NCBI GenBank assembly: GCA_965662895.1
Contig: CBFIJH010000005.1
Coordinates: forward strand, 64,001-128,000
DNA length: 64,000 nucleotides
Reading direction: 5' to 3'
DNA from: Candidatus Poseidoniaceae archaeon
GTDB lineage: Archaea; Thermoplasmatota; Poseidoniia; Poseidoniales; Poseidoniaceae
Of the stretch, positions 38,123 through 47,643 are shown piece after piece. The translations under genes were made by a program, and so were the position numbers. The notes beneath the pieces were generated by a model that had not been told where the DNA came from, did not search any database, and saw only the letters and a list, made by a program, of their open reading frames with translations. Position 1 is the stretch's first letter. Every line of letters begins with the position of its first letter.

Positions 38123-39057
38123 GCGAAGGCGAAGGGTTTCAACCCGTTGCTAGATGGCGAATTGTCGCCAGTCTTCTTCTGATCGCTCAACTTGTGGTTT
38201 TACTCGCTTTCAAATCGGCCCTCGAGGAAGAATCCTGGTTTGTTGGAAGCGTCCAAGCAACGGTCGAAGAAGGGCCACTGCAACTTGAGGGCGTATCCGT
38301 CAACTTGTCCATCGATATGCAGAATGAGCAAGACGACCTTAGCATCGAGTTTTTTGGTCCACTTCGATTGAGTCATTGGCAAAATGAACGCGATGACCGT
38401 GCAGCACTATCCGAACAAGAAGCTGAAGCGTATGATGAAAATCTGAACGAAACGTTTGACGCTCCATCACCAGATTCAATCAAATCAACAACGTTCGCAC
38501 TCATCCATGTTGGAATCGGATTTTCGGTTTTTTTGATGATGGTTCTTTGCTTCGATTTAAGGAAACAAGCAAGTCAGTCATGGATTACATATTCTCGTCG
38601 CTTCGTTTCGTTTGTATCCTTTGTGAATACATTGGCGATTCTGCTGCTCATTCTTCTGGTTCTACCTGGCGGTTGGTTAGCATCGGTTGCAGGGAATCCT
38701 CAACAATTTAGCAACAGTGATGAAAATGATGCATTTCTTGCCCATGCTGATTTCTCGCAAGAATTCAGCATTGGGCTGGATGGTTTTTCCTTGGAATTTG
38801 AAGCGAGTGGATACGATATCGGTATGGTTCGTCCTGCAAATCGAAGTGCAGTTGAAGCCCAACCCCCACTTCCTGATACGCCTGATGCAGAATCCTTCAT
38901 CTTGATTTCAGGTGAAATGCGTGCTGATACGCCTTCTTATGTTACTGAAATGATGTATTACTGTTTCATTTTATGGGTAGTTTTACCGCTTGCTCTCCTC
39001 ATTCAACAACGAACAGCAATCGATGCACGACTTGCACCGATCAATTTGAATGGTTGA
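38119..39057 (+). CDS. Hypothetical 4-TM membrane protein
   Basis: ATGA overlap with the upstream gene; four hydrophobic segments with two acidic loops. Confidence 0.75.
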   Translation: MSEGEGFQPVARWRIVASLLLIAQLVVLLAFKSALEEESWFVGSVQATVEEGPLQLEGVSVNLSIDMQNEQDDLSIEFFGPLRLSHWQNERDDRAALSEQEAEAYDENLNETFDAPSPDSIKSTTFALIHVGIGFSVFLMMVLCFDLRKQASQSWITYSRRFVSFVSFVNTLAILLLILLVLPGGWLASVAGNPQQFSNSDENDAFLAHADFSQEFSIGLDGFSLEFEASGYDIGMVRPANRSAVEAQPPLPDTPDAESFILISGEMRADTPSYVTEMMYYCFILWVVLPLALLIQQRTAIDARLAPINLNG

Positions 39058-39828
39058 TCACTGTTCTGGTAACGTACCGTTCAAACTGTCAGGATTGTCC
39101 TCAAGTGGACCCCATTCTGTCTTGGTTCGATGGAGGCCAAATCGCTTTGCATAGAGGAATCTAAGGTTCTTCCAGCCATCACCCCACGTGTGGATTTCAG
39201 CATCTCCAACGCGTTCTCGGTATGGGACGGAAATTTCGATGGCTTTCTTACGACCAAGATGCTTGCGTGCAAGGATCTTGATCTCTTCTGAAAGTGGCAT
39301 TCCATCGTTGGTTGGGCGCATCTTTGGATTCTCAAAAATCGACTTGCGGAACACCCACATCCCCGATTGCGAATCCTTAATTCCATAACCGAAGAGGAGT
39401 CGAGCATTGAATGAGAGAGCCCAATTTCCAAATCCGTGGAGACCAGACATGGATCCGTCTTCTGCCATGCTCAGGCGATCACACGTGATGAAATCGAGGT
39501 CATCATCCAAAAGTCGCTTGACCAATTCAGGAATCAATTCTGCAGGATAGGTACAGTCTGCATCCATTGTGACAATGATGTCGTTCGATGCAACAACGAA
39601 ACCCGTACGGTATGCCCGGCCGTAACCCTTCCGTGGTTCAAGGTGAACGCGAACATCTTTTTCAAGGGCGATTTCTCGAGTACGATCGGTCGATGAACCA
39701 TCGACAATCATGATTTCGAGGGATTCGCACCATCCGCGCGGAATTGCATCAACGGTCGCACCAAGTGCTTCCTCTTCATTTCGAGTGGGAAGAAGAACCG
39801 TCACAGATACTGGTAGTACCTCGTCCAT
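39058..39828 (-). CDS. Glycosyltransferase family 2 (Dol-P-mannose synthase-like)
   Basis: LLPTRNEE, VDG.STD.T, GYG.A, MDADCTYP, D.QSGM, E.SVPY..RVG. Confidence 0.9.
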   Translation of the reverse strand: MDEVLPVSVTVLLPTRNEEEALGATVDAIPRGWCESLEIMIVDGSSTDRTREIALEKDVRVHLEPRKGYGRAYRTGFVVASNDIIVTMDADCTYPAELIPELVKRLLDDDLDFITCDRLSMAEDGSMSGLHGFGNWALSFNARLLFGYGIKDSQSGMWVFRKSIFENPKMRPTNDGMPLSEEIKILARKHLGRKKAIEISVPYRERVGDAEIHTWGDGWKNLRFLYAKRFGLHRTKTEWGPLEDNPDSLNGTLPEQ

Positions 39829-39881
39829 GTTGTGACGATAGGCAATGAGCGTTTCAATGCATTGCCTCAACGGTCAAACGA

Positions 39882-40874
39882 TTACGACCATCGAGCACGT
39901 AGGCGACGGAGTGAAAGTTTCACAGCAAGACGAATCTTTCTCCATTTTGACAAGGAAGGACGCTTGCTAAACACGTCGCCTGAGCGGCGCACGATCTCGT
40001 GGAAAATAGCATCATAGGCTTCACACATCAGTTGTGGTTGCAATTGGGATTTTGAATCAAGATATTCAAACAAATGCTGTGCTGATTCTTGGTGTCGTCG
40101 AACGATTTCGATGTATTCTTGAACAAAAGACTTCCACCGATGGTTGGTTCCAAATTCAGTATTCCCGAGCTCTGAAATATCGATATTGTATTCGCCTAAT
40201 GCATTGATTGGAAGGTAAATTCGACCGCTTCGATAATCTTCAGAAACGTCACGAAGGATGTTGATGAGTTGCAATTGGATGCCCATATCGATGGCGTGAA
40301 TTCTCCCTCCGGCATCCTCACATCCATAAATTTCGATGAGAACCAAACCTACTGCAGAAGCCACCTTGTAACAGTATGCACGGACCTCGTCCCAAGTTTT
40401 GTGACGAACTTCGAACAGATCGTCTTCCATTCCTTCGATAATGGTTTCAAAATCAGAAAGTCGAACAGGGAAATGCTTGAACACTTCGTTGATGGCGATG
40501 AAAATGGCTTCATCTTGCGTTGCTGATTCATCACCTGCGAACAATCGTGTGAGTCGCTCCTTGGCATCAACAAGGGCCATCAATCGGTATCGGTGCTCCT
40601 CAGGAGGGTTGTTCATTGCCGTTTGGTGGATGCTCTGGAGAAGTCCGTCTCGCTCATCCACGAGTTTGTTGAGGGCTTCGGATTCTCGAACAACTGGTCG
40701 AGAGTCTCCATCAGCAATATCATCGAGGTAACGGCACAGTGCGTAGACCGCATGAACTGCACGACGTTTCTTGAAGGGCAGTGCTGAGAAACTAGCAAAA
40801 AATGTGGATGACGCACGACGACAAATTTCTTCACATTCAAGAAAAGCCTCTTCAATGGAAGTTGTTTTGTTCAT
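39882..40874 (-). CDS. crtB: Phytoene/squalene synthase family protein
   Basis: YALCRYLDDIAD, GMEDDL, YCY.VAS.VG, G..LQL.NILRDV.ED...GRIYLP. Confidence 0.9.
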   Translation of the reverse strand: MNKTTSIEEAFLECEEICRRASSTFFASFSALPFKKRRAVHAVYALCRYLDDIADGDSRPVVRESEALNKLVDERDGLLQSIHQTAMNNPPEEHRYRLMALVDAKERLTRLFAGDESATQDEAIFIAINEVFKHFPVRLSDFETIIEGMEDDLFEVRHKTWDEVRAYCYKVASAVGLVLIEIYGCEDAGGRIHAIDMGIQLQLINILRDVSEDYRSGRIYLPINALGEYNIDISELGNTEFGTNHRWKSFVQEYIEIVRRHQESAQHLFEYLDSKSQLQPQLMCEAYDAIFHEIVRRSGDVFSKRPSLSKWRKIRLAVKLSLRRLRARWS

Positions 40875-40896
40875 TTTTTCACCTCAATTCTATTGT

Positions 40897-41352
40897 TTAT
40901 GAATGCGTGTTGTTTTCCTTGTTCATCTGCATTGTAATGAAATGGATGGCGAGTCCTACTGGCATGAGCATAACGCCGAACAAAATTGCCACTTGCGCAG
41001 CAGTTTTGTTGATTTCTGTTTCAACACTTCGCTTCCAAATCCATCGCGTGACGATGATGTCACCAATCACAAAGTGCGTCCATGCAAGAACAGCACCATC
41101 GTCTGTGCCAAGGACTTCAGCAAGGCCCGAAACGAAACCGCTCAGGGTACCGTCCCCGATCATATCGCTGAGAGCACCGAGATTCATTGCAAGAACGATC
41201 AGATAAGCAATCAACGGTCCAAGGACAAACCATGGTCCATCCATCCATTTTTTCGTTCGTTCAGCATATGGTTGAAGGAGCATAAGCATCCAGAACGGAC
41301 CAACCCACATCGATGCTGCGAAGAAGGCGACCAGAAGCATTGTTTCAACCAT
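40897..41352 (-). CDS. ABA4-like (DUF4281) membrane protein
   Basis: PFW.LM...P....T, LAW.HF...D....W, ..P.GL; TAATG coupling to the upstream gene. Confidence 0.8.
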   Translation of the reverse strand: MVETMLLVAFFAASMWVGPFWMLMLLQPYAERTKKWMDGPWFVLGPLIAYLIVLAMNLGALSDMIGDGTLSGFVSGLAEVLGTDDGAVLAWTHFVIGDIIVTRWIWKRSVETEINKTAAQVAILFGVMLMPVGLAIHFITMQMNKENNTHS

Positions 41353-41915
41353 TAAATCACCTTCTCATATGCTTGTTCGATTTCGTCAATCGAGTTCTCG
41401 GTCGGATAATAGGTGTCACTTTCCCACTGGATGACGCCGTTTTGGTCGATGAGGAACAACGCAGGTGTTCCAGGAAGACCATAGTATTCAAAAATGGATT
41501 GACTCAAATCGGCTTGATCTTCGATTCGTTGGATTGAATCATCGTCTGTTGGCAAAACAATCGGCCATGGAGTGTAGTGGTCGCTTTCCGTGAAACCAAA
41601 TTCTTCAGCGACGTCCTCTTTGGTTTCAAATCGGAGGTACCGTTCAACAGAAACGATTTGCAAAGGTGGCTCCTGATTCATCCAATCGTTGTGATGTTCT
41701 CGCAAATCATCGGTCCAATCTTTGCAGCCAGTACATCCTACTCCGATGAAGAGCACGAGGACGGGCCCCTCGCTCAAGTTTTCTTTCATCGAATACATTG
41801 GTCCACCGTCTTCCTCCCGGTCGAGGGTTTCGACAGTAAAGACACGTCCGTCCTCAGGGGTCGGTTCAATGCAGCCTGCCAGGAGCAAAATGAGCACAAG
41901 GGCAACGAAACGCAC
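41352..41915 (-). CDS. TlpA/thioredoxin-like lipoprotein
   Basis: Lipobox LAGC, CTGC, GTPALFLIDQNG. Confidence 0.8.
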   Translation of the reverse strand: MRFVALVLILLLAGCIEPTPEDGRVFTVETLDREEDGGPMYSMKENLSEGPVLVLFIGVGCTGCKDWTDDLREHHNDWMNQEPPLQIVSVERYLRFETKEDVAEEFGFTESDHYTPWPIVLPTDDDSIQRIEDQADLSQSIFEYYGLPGTPALFLIDQNGVIQWESDTYYPTENSIDEIEQAYEKVI

Positions 41916-41924
41916 GTTGCTCCC

Positions 41925-43532
41925 TCAAGCGTTGGTCGGCGTTCCTGCTTCTTTCGCAGTTGTCACCTTTCGTTGAGCTTTCCGTCCACGAGGCGAGCGG
42001 CGAATGCCTTCGAACCAAGTATCGACGCCGTTCCAATCCGGGTCAATTCCGAGGTCATCCAACACGAGTTTGCTGCTGATTCGAGCGCTCTCAAAGATGG
42101 TCGGTAGTCCACTGCCGGGATGTGTACCTCCACCGACAATGTAGAGGTTGTTTGCTTCTTCAAACCGGTTGTGCGGGCGTCGCCAGAGCATTTGTTTGAG
42201 GTCGTGTGTGAGGTTAAACACTGCACCGCGATAGATGTCAGATGCACCCCAGTCATCGGGTGTGATTACGGTCTCTGAAACGATGTGATCGCCAATATCA
42301 TCGTACCCAAGTTTTGCCAGTTGTTTGACAACAATTTCTCTGAAATCTGCTTTGATGTCATCCCAAACGATGCTCTCGTGCTGGTTTGGTACAGGTACGA
42401 GAACGTAAATCGTCGAGTGTCCCTCAGGAGCGAGCGAGTCATCGGTTATTGACGCATTTTGAACGTAGACGGATGGGTCGTCCCATGTCAAACGATGATT
42501 GGTGATATCTTTGAGATTCTTTTCGTACTCTGAGGATGCATAGATTTGATGATGTGGTAAATCGTATTGCTTGTCAACACCCAAGTAGAGCATAAAGGTT
42601 GAACAAGAATATCCTTTCTTTTCCAGTTTCTTATCGGACCATTTCTTGCGCTTCTCATTGGGGACGAGTGTTGTCATTGCATGAGCAAAATCTGCGTTGA
42701 CAACCACTCTGTCGGCCATTATTTCAGCGCCGTCAATCCGGACGCCTTTGACGGTTTTACCTTCATAGATGAGGGACTCAACCGGAGTGCTGAGTCGAAT
42801 ATTGACGCCCATTTCTTCCGCAATTTCAGCCATTCGAGCAGTGATGCTTCCTAGGCCTCCTTTGGCGTGGAAAATGCCGTGCTCGTACTCAAGGAAGGCG
42901 AGAATCGTAAACAGCGAAGGGGCATGGAACGGGCTCATTCCCAGGTACTTGGTTTGGAACGACATTGCGAGTCGAATGCGTTCATCATCGAAATGCTTAC
43001 TGAGATCTCCAGCAACGCTGGCCCAAGGCTTGAGGACAGAAGCCACCCGCATGGCTCGTCTCGAAAGAATGTCCAACGGACTTCGCCATGGAGTTTGCAA
43101 ACACTTCTTGCTGAGGTCAAGCTTTCTTCGGTTTTGTTTGACGTACTTTTTGAATCCTTCAGCGTTTTTGTCACCGGCAAGCTCTCGAATACGTTCTGTC
43201 ATTTCTTCGAGGTTGCTTGTCGCATCGATGTGGCCTCCAGCGCCAAAGACAAGCCTGTACATCGGGTCCAATGGCATCAAACCGAGTTCCTTGTGTGCGT
43301 CTCGACCAATTGCTTGGAAGATCTCTTCGATAACTTCTGGATAGTGGAAGAAGGTTGGTCCACGGTCGAACGTGTATCCGTCCTTTGTGTACAATCTGGT
43401 GCGTCCACCGACGGCATCGGCTTTCTCGAGTACGGTCACGTTGACACCTGAATGGGCGAGGAGAAGTGCAGAAGCAAGACCGCCCGGTCCTGACCCTACG
43501 ATGATTGCGGTTGGTTTATTCTGAGTACTCAT
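41925..43532 (-). CDS. crtI: Phytoene desaturase family (CrtI/CrtN-like)
   Basis: GSGPGG FAD motif, VGGR, FD.GPT, FQTKYLGMSP, SCSTFMLYLG, YVLVPVP, GGGTHPGSGLP. Confidence 0.9.
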   Translation of the reverse strand: MSTQNKPTAIIVGSGPGGLASALLLAHSGVNVTVLEKADAVGGRTRLYTKDGYTFDRGPTFFHYPEVIEEIFQAIGRDAHKELGLMPLDPMYRLVFGAGGHIDATSNLEEMTERIRELAGDKNAEGFKKYVKQNRRKLDLSKKCLQTPWRSPLDILSRRAMRVASVLKPWASVAGDLSKHFDDERIRLAMSFQTKYLGMSPFHAPSLFTILAFLEYEHGIFHAKGGLGSITARMAEIAEEMGVNIRLSTPVESLIYEGKTVKGVRIDGAEIMADRVVVNADFAHAMTTLVPNEKRKKWSDKKLEKKGYSCSTFMLYLGVDKQYDLPHHQIYASSEYEKNLKDITNHRLTWDDPSVYVQNASITDDSLAPEGHSTIYVLVPVPNQHESIVWDDIKADFREIVVKQLAKLGYDDIGDHIVSETVITPDDWGASDIYRGAVFNLTHDLKQMLWRRPHNRFEEANNLYIVGGGTHPGSGLPTIFESARISSKLVLDDLGIDPDWNGVDTWFEGIRRSPRGRKAQRKVTTAKEAGTPTNA

Positions 43533-43554
43533 GAATCCACCAGTGAGAAACGGC

Positions 43555-43561
43555 TTATAAA
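43555..43561 (-). promoter_or_regulatory. Internal TATA box (TTTATAA) for the crtI sub-operon
   Basis: About 23 nt upstream of ATG 43532. Confidence 0.55.
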
Positions 43562-43577
43562 TCGACGTTTTGAACCA

Positions 43578-44867
43578 CTAGTCGGCTGGCTGTATCTCGC
43601 CTTCCCAGAACGTTTTCGTGATGGTTTTTTGCGTCCTGGAATCTTTTGAATACGGTAGTTCGACGATCGAAGCAAATTCATCGAGATAAGGCCCCATTGA
43701 TGAGATAAGATCGATGTCTGGATGCCCACGAAGAACCATTCCATCCATGTACATCAACGAACGGATGATTGGGAAGGCTTCCTCACCAAAGCGACAGCCA
43801 GCCAGGACAGCGATGCGCACCGTTTTCATCATCTGCTGTGTGAGACTAACCTCGCTGACGGATTTGCCGACAAATCCATCATAGATTTCGTGCATTTCAC
43901 GCATGTATCGCGCCTTCGCCTCACCAGTTGGAGGTGTGTCTGCCATGGTCAACATTGCTTCAAACGCACCCTCAAGTTCTCCCTTCGCAAGATAGTAGAA
44001 GAAGCCGAACAGCGCTGAACGTACACTTTCTGGAGCGTGAGAAATTGCACCAGTATCAATAAAGGTGAATTGCCCGTTTTCATCGACCATCGCATTTCCT
44101 GGGTGAAGGTCGCCGTGGAATGTCCCGATACCAAACATGAAAGCACCGTGGATGCGAAACAACTGCAACAAGTCGTCCCAGGATAGATTTCCTTTCGAAA
44201 GTCTAGATTCGAGAGTAGGGGCTTTGATGTGTTCCATGACCAAAACGTGTTGATTTGAGAGTTCTGGCCAAACTTTTGGAAAGTTCAACAAGGGCATGGG
44301 GAATTGGTGTTCGACCTCTTTGGCTTTCGATTGAAGCAACTCAGCACCTTGAATTTCGTTTCGCAAGTCAAGCTCTCGAAGTGTGTAATCCTCAACGTGC
44401 TGAAGCAAACCGACTGGATTGCCCACTTTTCGAAGTCGAGGATTCAAAAACAGTCCAATTCTAAGCCATCGGCGCATTCGAGCGACATCTTTGCGGAACG
44501 ATTTCTCAAAATCCGCCTTGATGATCTTCACCACCACTTGACTTCCGTCTTTGAGGACACCACGGTGTACCTGTCCGATGCTTGCTGCTGCAAAGGGTTC
44601 TTCTTCGAAGGACTCAAAGGCATCAAGGAATCCGGCAGGAGCTCGACTTCGAATCAGCGACATCGAATCCTCCTTCGGAATCGAATTTGCTCTCTGATAC
44701 AGCGATTGAAGTTGTCTGCACTTTTCTTCAGACAGTAGATCGGGACGGAGTGCGAAGATTTGAGTGAGTTTAACAGCAAGCAACCCCATCTTCTGTATTT
44801 TATCGAGGTCGGCAGGGCCGTCCTTCGTAATCATGCGAATAAAACGAACGAATGTCAGGAGGCGCAT
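43578..44867 (-). CDS. ABC1/UbiB (AarF) atypical kinase
   Basis: K..Q....RPD, FAAASIGQVH, VVVK, ELD...E, FHGDLHPGN, IDTG. Confidence 0.9.
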   Translation of the reverse strand: MRLLTFVRFIRMITKDGPADLDKIQKMGLLAVKLTQIFALRPDLLSEEKCRQLQSLYQRANSIPKEDSMSLIRSRAPAGFLDAFESFEEEPFAAASIGQVHRGVLKDGSQVVVKIIKADFEKSFRKDVARMRRWLRIGLFLNPRLRKVGNPVGLLQHVEDYTLRELDLRNEIQGAELLQSKAKEVEHQFPMPLLNFPKVWPELSNQHVLVMEHIKAPTLESRLSKGNLSWDDLLQLFRIHGAFMFGIGTFHGDLHPGNAMVDENGQFTFIDTGAISHAPESVRSALFGFFYYLAKGELEGAFEAMLTMADTPPTGEAKARYMREMHEIYDGFVGKSVSEVSLTQQMMKTVRIAVLAGCRFGEEAFPIIRSLMYMDGMVLRGHPDIDLISSMGPYLDEFASIVELPYSKDSRTQKTITKTFWEGEIQPAD

Positions 44868-44892
44868 AGTAAAAAAATCTCCTTTTCATTTA

Positions 44893-45714
44893 TCAATCGG
44901 CGTTTTTTTTCAGGAGTGCTTTGATAGGATTTGCAAAGAGAGCAGGTGTTGTTTTCACCCATTCATCAAATCCTTCACGTTGTTGCAAATCAACTTCCGA
45001 CATCTTGACACCGCTTACATAACGAAGGAGAAGTGTGAGGATAAGGGGACCAATGAGTACTGGAAGAGCGTCAAAACCCGAAACGATGACAGCAAAACCG
45101 CCAATCGACCACCACAAGATTGCTTCTCCCAAATGGTTCGGGTGACGAGTGACTGAGAACATTCCATCCGTTTTGAGGTGACCTGGGCCGTGCATAGCAC
45201 GATATTTTTTCAACTCCATGTCTGCTTTGTGTTCCAAGGATAAGCCAAGCAGGAAACCGAAAAGACAAGCCAAGGACAATGCAGTAGAAGTCACGGTCCA
45301 CTCAATGGATTCCGATTGTTCTGGAATGAGGGCGAAAATTGGAAGCGCAACCACAAGGAGGAAAACCGCTTGAAGCATGAATACCTGAAGGAAACTGATC
45401 CACCACCAATTGTTCCCAGCAACCTCGCGCATGCGAACATAGCGTGGATCTTCCCCACGATTCTTTGTTCGATAATGCAATACAACTGCAAGACGCAGTC
45501 CCCACAGGGTGACACATGCGAGGCAGAGTAGTGCAGCAAGATTCGTGGCATCGGTGAAGAGAAATCGAGTCCAAGCGATGAGGACAAAACCCATTCCCCA
45601 TAAGACGTCCATAACCGTAACATTGCCGGTTGATAGCGTCTTAATCCATGCAATTGTGACGTATGCGAGGACAACAAGAACGGTCAGCAAATTCAATCCA
45701 ATGTCCACCATCAT
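44893..45714 (-). CDS. DUF1295 / steroid 5-alpha-reductase-like membrane protein
   Basis: D..WG, WGLRL, GEDPRY, AD.EL, RHPN..GE...W, VSGV; ATGA overlap with the upstream gene. Confidence 0.9.
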   Translation of the reverse strand: MMVDIGLNLLTVLVVLAYVTIAWIKTLSTGNVTVMDVLWGMGFVLIAWTRFLFTDATNLAALLCLACVTLWGLRLAVVLHYRTKNRGEDPRYVRMREVAGNNWWWISFLQVFMLQAVFLLVVALPIFALIPEQSESIEWTVTSTALSLACLFGFLLGLSLEHKADMELKKYRAMHGPGHLKTDGMFSVTRHPNHLGEAILWWSIGGFAVIVSGFDALPVLIGPLILTLLLRYVSGVKMSEVDLQQREGFDEWVKTTPALFANPIKALLKKNAD

Positions 45715-47108
45715 GCAGACGGTTCCGCTGGTTGTTCTTCATTGTTCATGATGATATGGTAGCGCCAGAGGTCTTCTGGCTCACCGGTTCCATCGTATCT
45801 TCGGACGTTGACGTTTCCATCTTTCGGGAATCGAGTCATCAAGGCTCCTTCGATGATACCATCATCAAGTTCCCACATGGGTAGTACGTCTGGATCTTCG
45901 CTTGGAGGATGGTCGAGTCCAACCTGCACATGGAAGACCGGATCGATACCGTATTCAAGCCGACCAAGTCCAGCAAATTCCCACCAATCCATCATTTCAT
46001 CGAGGAATTCGACGTGATTTTCGATTGAACGGAGTGAGAAAGCCAACTCGTGTCCGACACGATTTCCGACTTGACGCAACATTCGAGCCAAGTCAATACC
46101 GAGGATTTTCAAATTTGATAATCTGCCCTTCGTAAGCTCCTGCCGTGCTTGGTTGACTTCCGTTCCAGCTGCGAGGAAGGCATCTGGGTCGAATGGTGTG
46201 TCGTGTTCGGGAAGGTCGTCAACGCCGAGGGCACCGACTAGGGAATCGAGGAAGGAACCCTCGCCGATTGTCAGTCGAAGTGGGTCATGGATTCTCCCTT
46301 TCGAAAATCGGGCTTCTGCGACTTCAAACTGTACTGCGTCTTCCCAGATTGTATCGATTAGATTCTCTTGTGCTTTAGCGAAAGGTTCGCTTTCGATGAC
46401 GAGTGCAGCGTCTTCTTTTCCACGTCCAACTGGATTTTCTTCGATGTTGAGGAACTGAACAACGTGTGTACAATCCTGGAGGAATCCTTGGGAATCAAGG
46501 TCATCTGAATGTTTGATTTCAATTGAATCATGAAGTTTCTGGAAGAAACGTGTTGTTCGGCGATCAAGTTGGGCAATGACCTGGACCACAACACCCTTTT
46601 CAGCAACTGAATTGATGGTTTCTAGGGCTTCACTTCTGCAGAGGTGAAGAATACCGTACCGTCCGAGGAGTAGGACGAGCCGTTCTTCAGCATCCTCTGC
46701 CATTCGCTCAAGCCTGCGGTAAATGTGGCTTCGTTCTTTGAGAACTGCGAATCGTGGTTCATCACGCTGGCGGCGGTTCGCCTCGTAGGAAGCATTTGCT
46801 TCCGTGATGCCTTTGGAGAGCTCATTGAATCCTTCTTCGAGGTTATCCAGTTGCCTGCGGCGCATCTCAATAATGTGCTGCAACGCTTCATCAACACGCA
46901 AGCTTGAAAACAACATCGGCCGGTCAGCAGTTGCTGTAACGATACCCATTTCTTGGAGCCTTGAGAGGCTGTTGTACGCATCCAGTCGCGTTGTTTGCAA
47001 TTCCTTTGCGAGTTCGCTTGCACGCATGTTTGGATTGTTGCCAAGCACCATGATTGAGCGTACTTCTCGTTCAGTGAGACCAGCTTCGTTCAGAAGGCTG
47101 TCCCACAT
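45711..47108 (-). CDS. TrmB-family transcriptional regulator with an extra C-terminal V4R-like domain
   Basis: GLTERE...ASELAK....R.DAY..L..L...G.V HTH; central effector domain; tail L..VG..VG, WW..AGLG, GIIEG. Confidence 0.75.
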   Translation of the reverse strand: MWDSLLNEAGLTEREVRSIMVLGNNPNMRASELAKELQTTRLDAYNSLSRLQEMGIVTATADRPMLFSSLRVDEALQHIIEMRRRQLDNLEEGFNELSKGITEANASYEANRRQRDEPRFAVLKERSHIYRRLERMAEDAEERLVLLLGRYGILHLCRSEALETINSVAEKGVVVQVIAQLDRRTTRFFQKLHDSIEIKHSDDLDSQGFLQDCTHVVQFLNIEENPVGRGKEDAALVIESEPFAKAQENLIDTIWEDAVQFEVAEARFSKGRIHDPLRLTIGEGSFLDSLVGALGVDDLPEHDTPFDPDAFLAAGTEVNQARQELTKGRLSNLKILGIDLARMLRQVGNRVGHELAFSLRSIENHVEFLDEMMDWWEFAGLGRLEYGIDPVFHVQVGLDHPPSEDPDVLPMWELDDGIIEGALMTRFPKDGNVNVRRYDGTGEPEDLWRYHIIMNNEEQPAEPSA

Positions 47109-47632
47109 TAGTCGGATCCCCCAGTGACGGATGAGAGGCTCTTGAGGATTCGAGCAACGTGTCGGCGTGGACGGAACAACCAATCGTATACATGGTGGAT
47201 TCGATTGTCAGGCCCAATCAAGAAACTGGATTTGGCAGGAAACATTCCGAGATGGACTGGAACCAGGAATTTGTCTGCGACTTCCCTTTCCGGATCGGCA
47301 AGAAGTGGAAACGGAAGTCCACCAATTTCTTTCTTGAACTTGGCATGCGATTCGCTTGTTCCTTCCCCAATTCCAACGACTTTGCATCCTGCTGAGACGA
47401 ACAAATCGTGTTGTTCCTTGAAGGTGAGACAGCCTCGCTTGCACGTCGGTGACCCATCCTTCGCATAGAAGAACAAAATTCGCCATGAATCATTCAGCGA
47501 TTTGCTGTCAAAAACGTTGCCTACGTCATCAGTAAGCGTGAATTCAGGTGCGAGTTCTCCAATCAAATCTTTGCTCACTCGCTTCGCCTCATTGTGGGTG
47601 AGGCGCTCTGCTGTCAATATGACTTCCCCCAT
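47108..47632 (-). CDS. Atypical BCP/PrxQ-like peroxiredoxin
   Basis: G.LAPEF.L, FFYAKDGSPTCKRGC, SH.KF, LPFPLLADP, SFLIGPD; TAATG overlap with the regulator. Confidence 0.8.
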   Translation of the reverse strand: MGEVILTAERLTHNEAKRVSKDLIGELAPEFTLTDDVGNVFDSKSLNDSWRILFFYAKDGSPTCKRGCLTFKEQHDLFVSAGCKVVGIGEGTSESHAKFKKEIGGLPFPLLADPEREVADKFLVPVHLGMFPAKSSFLIGPDNRIHHVYDWLFRPRRHVARILKSLSSVTGGSD

Positions 47633-47643
47633 GTGCATCACCC

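Noticed and set aside
39058-39828. GT2 as a carotenoid glycosyltransferase
   Set aside because: Co-oriented with crtB but separated by a 53-bp gap, and the motifs fit the Dol-P-Man synthase-like housekeeping class.
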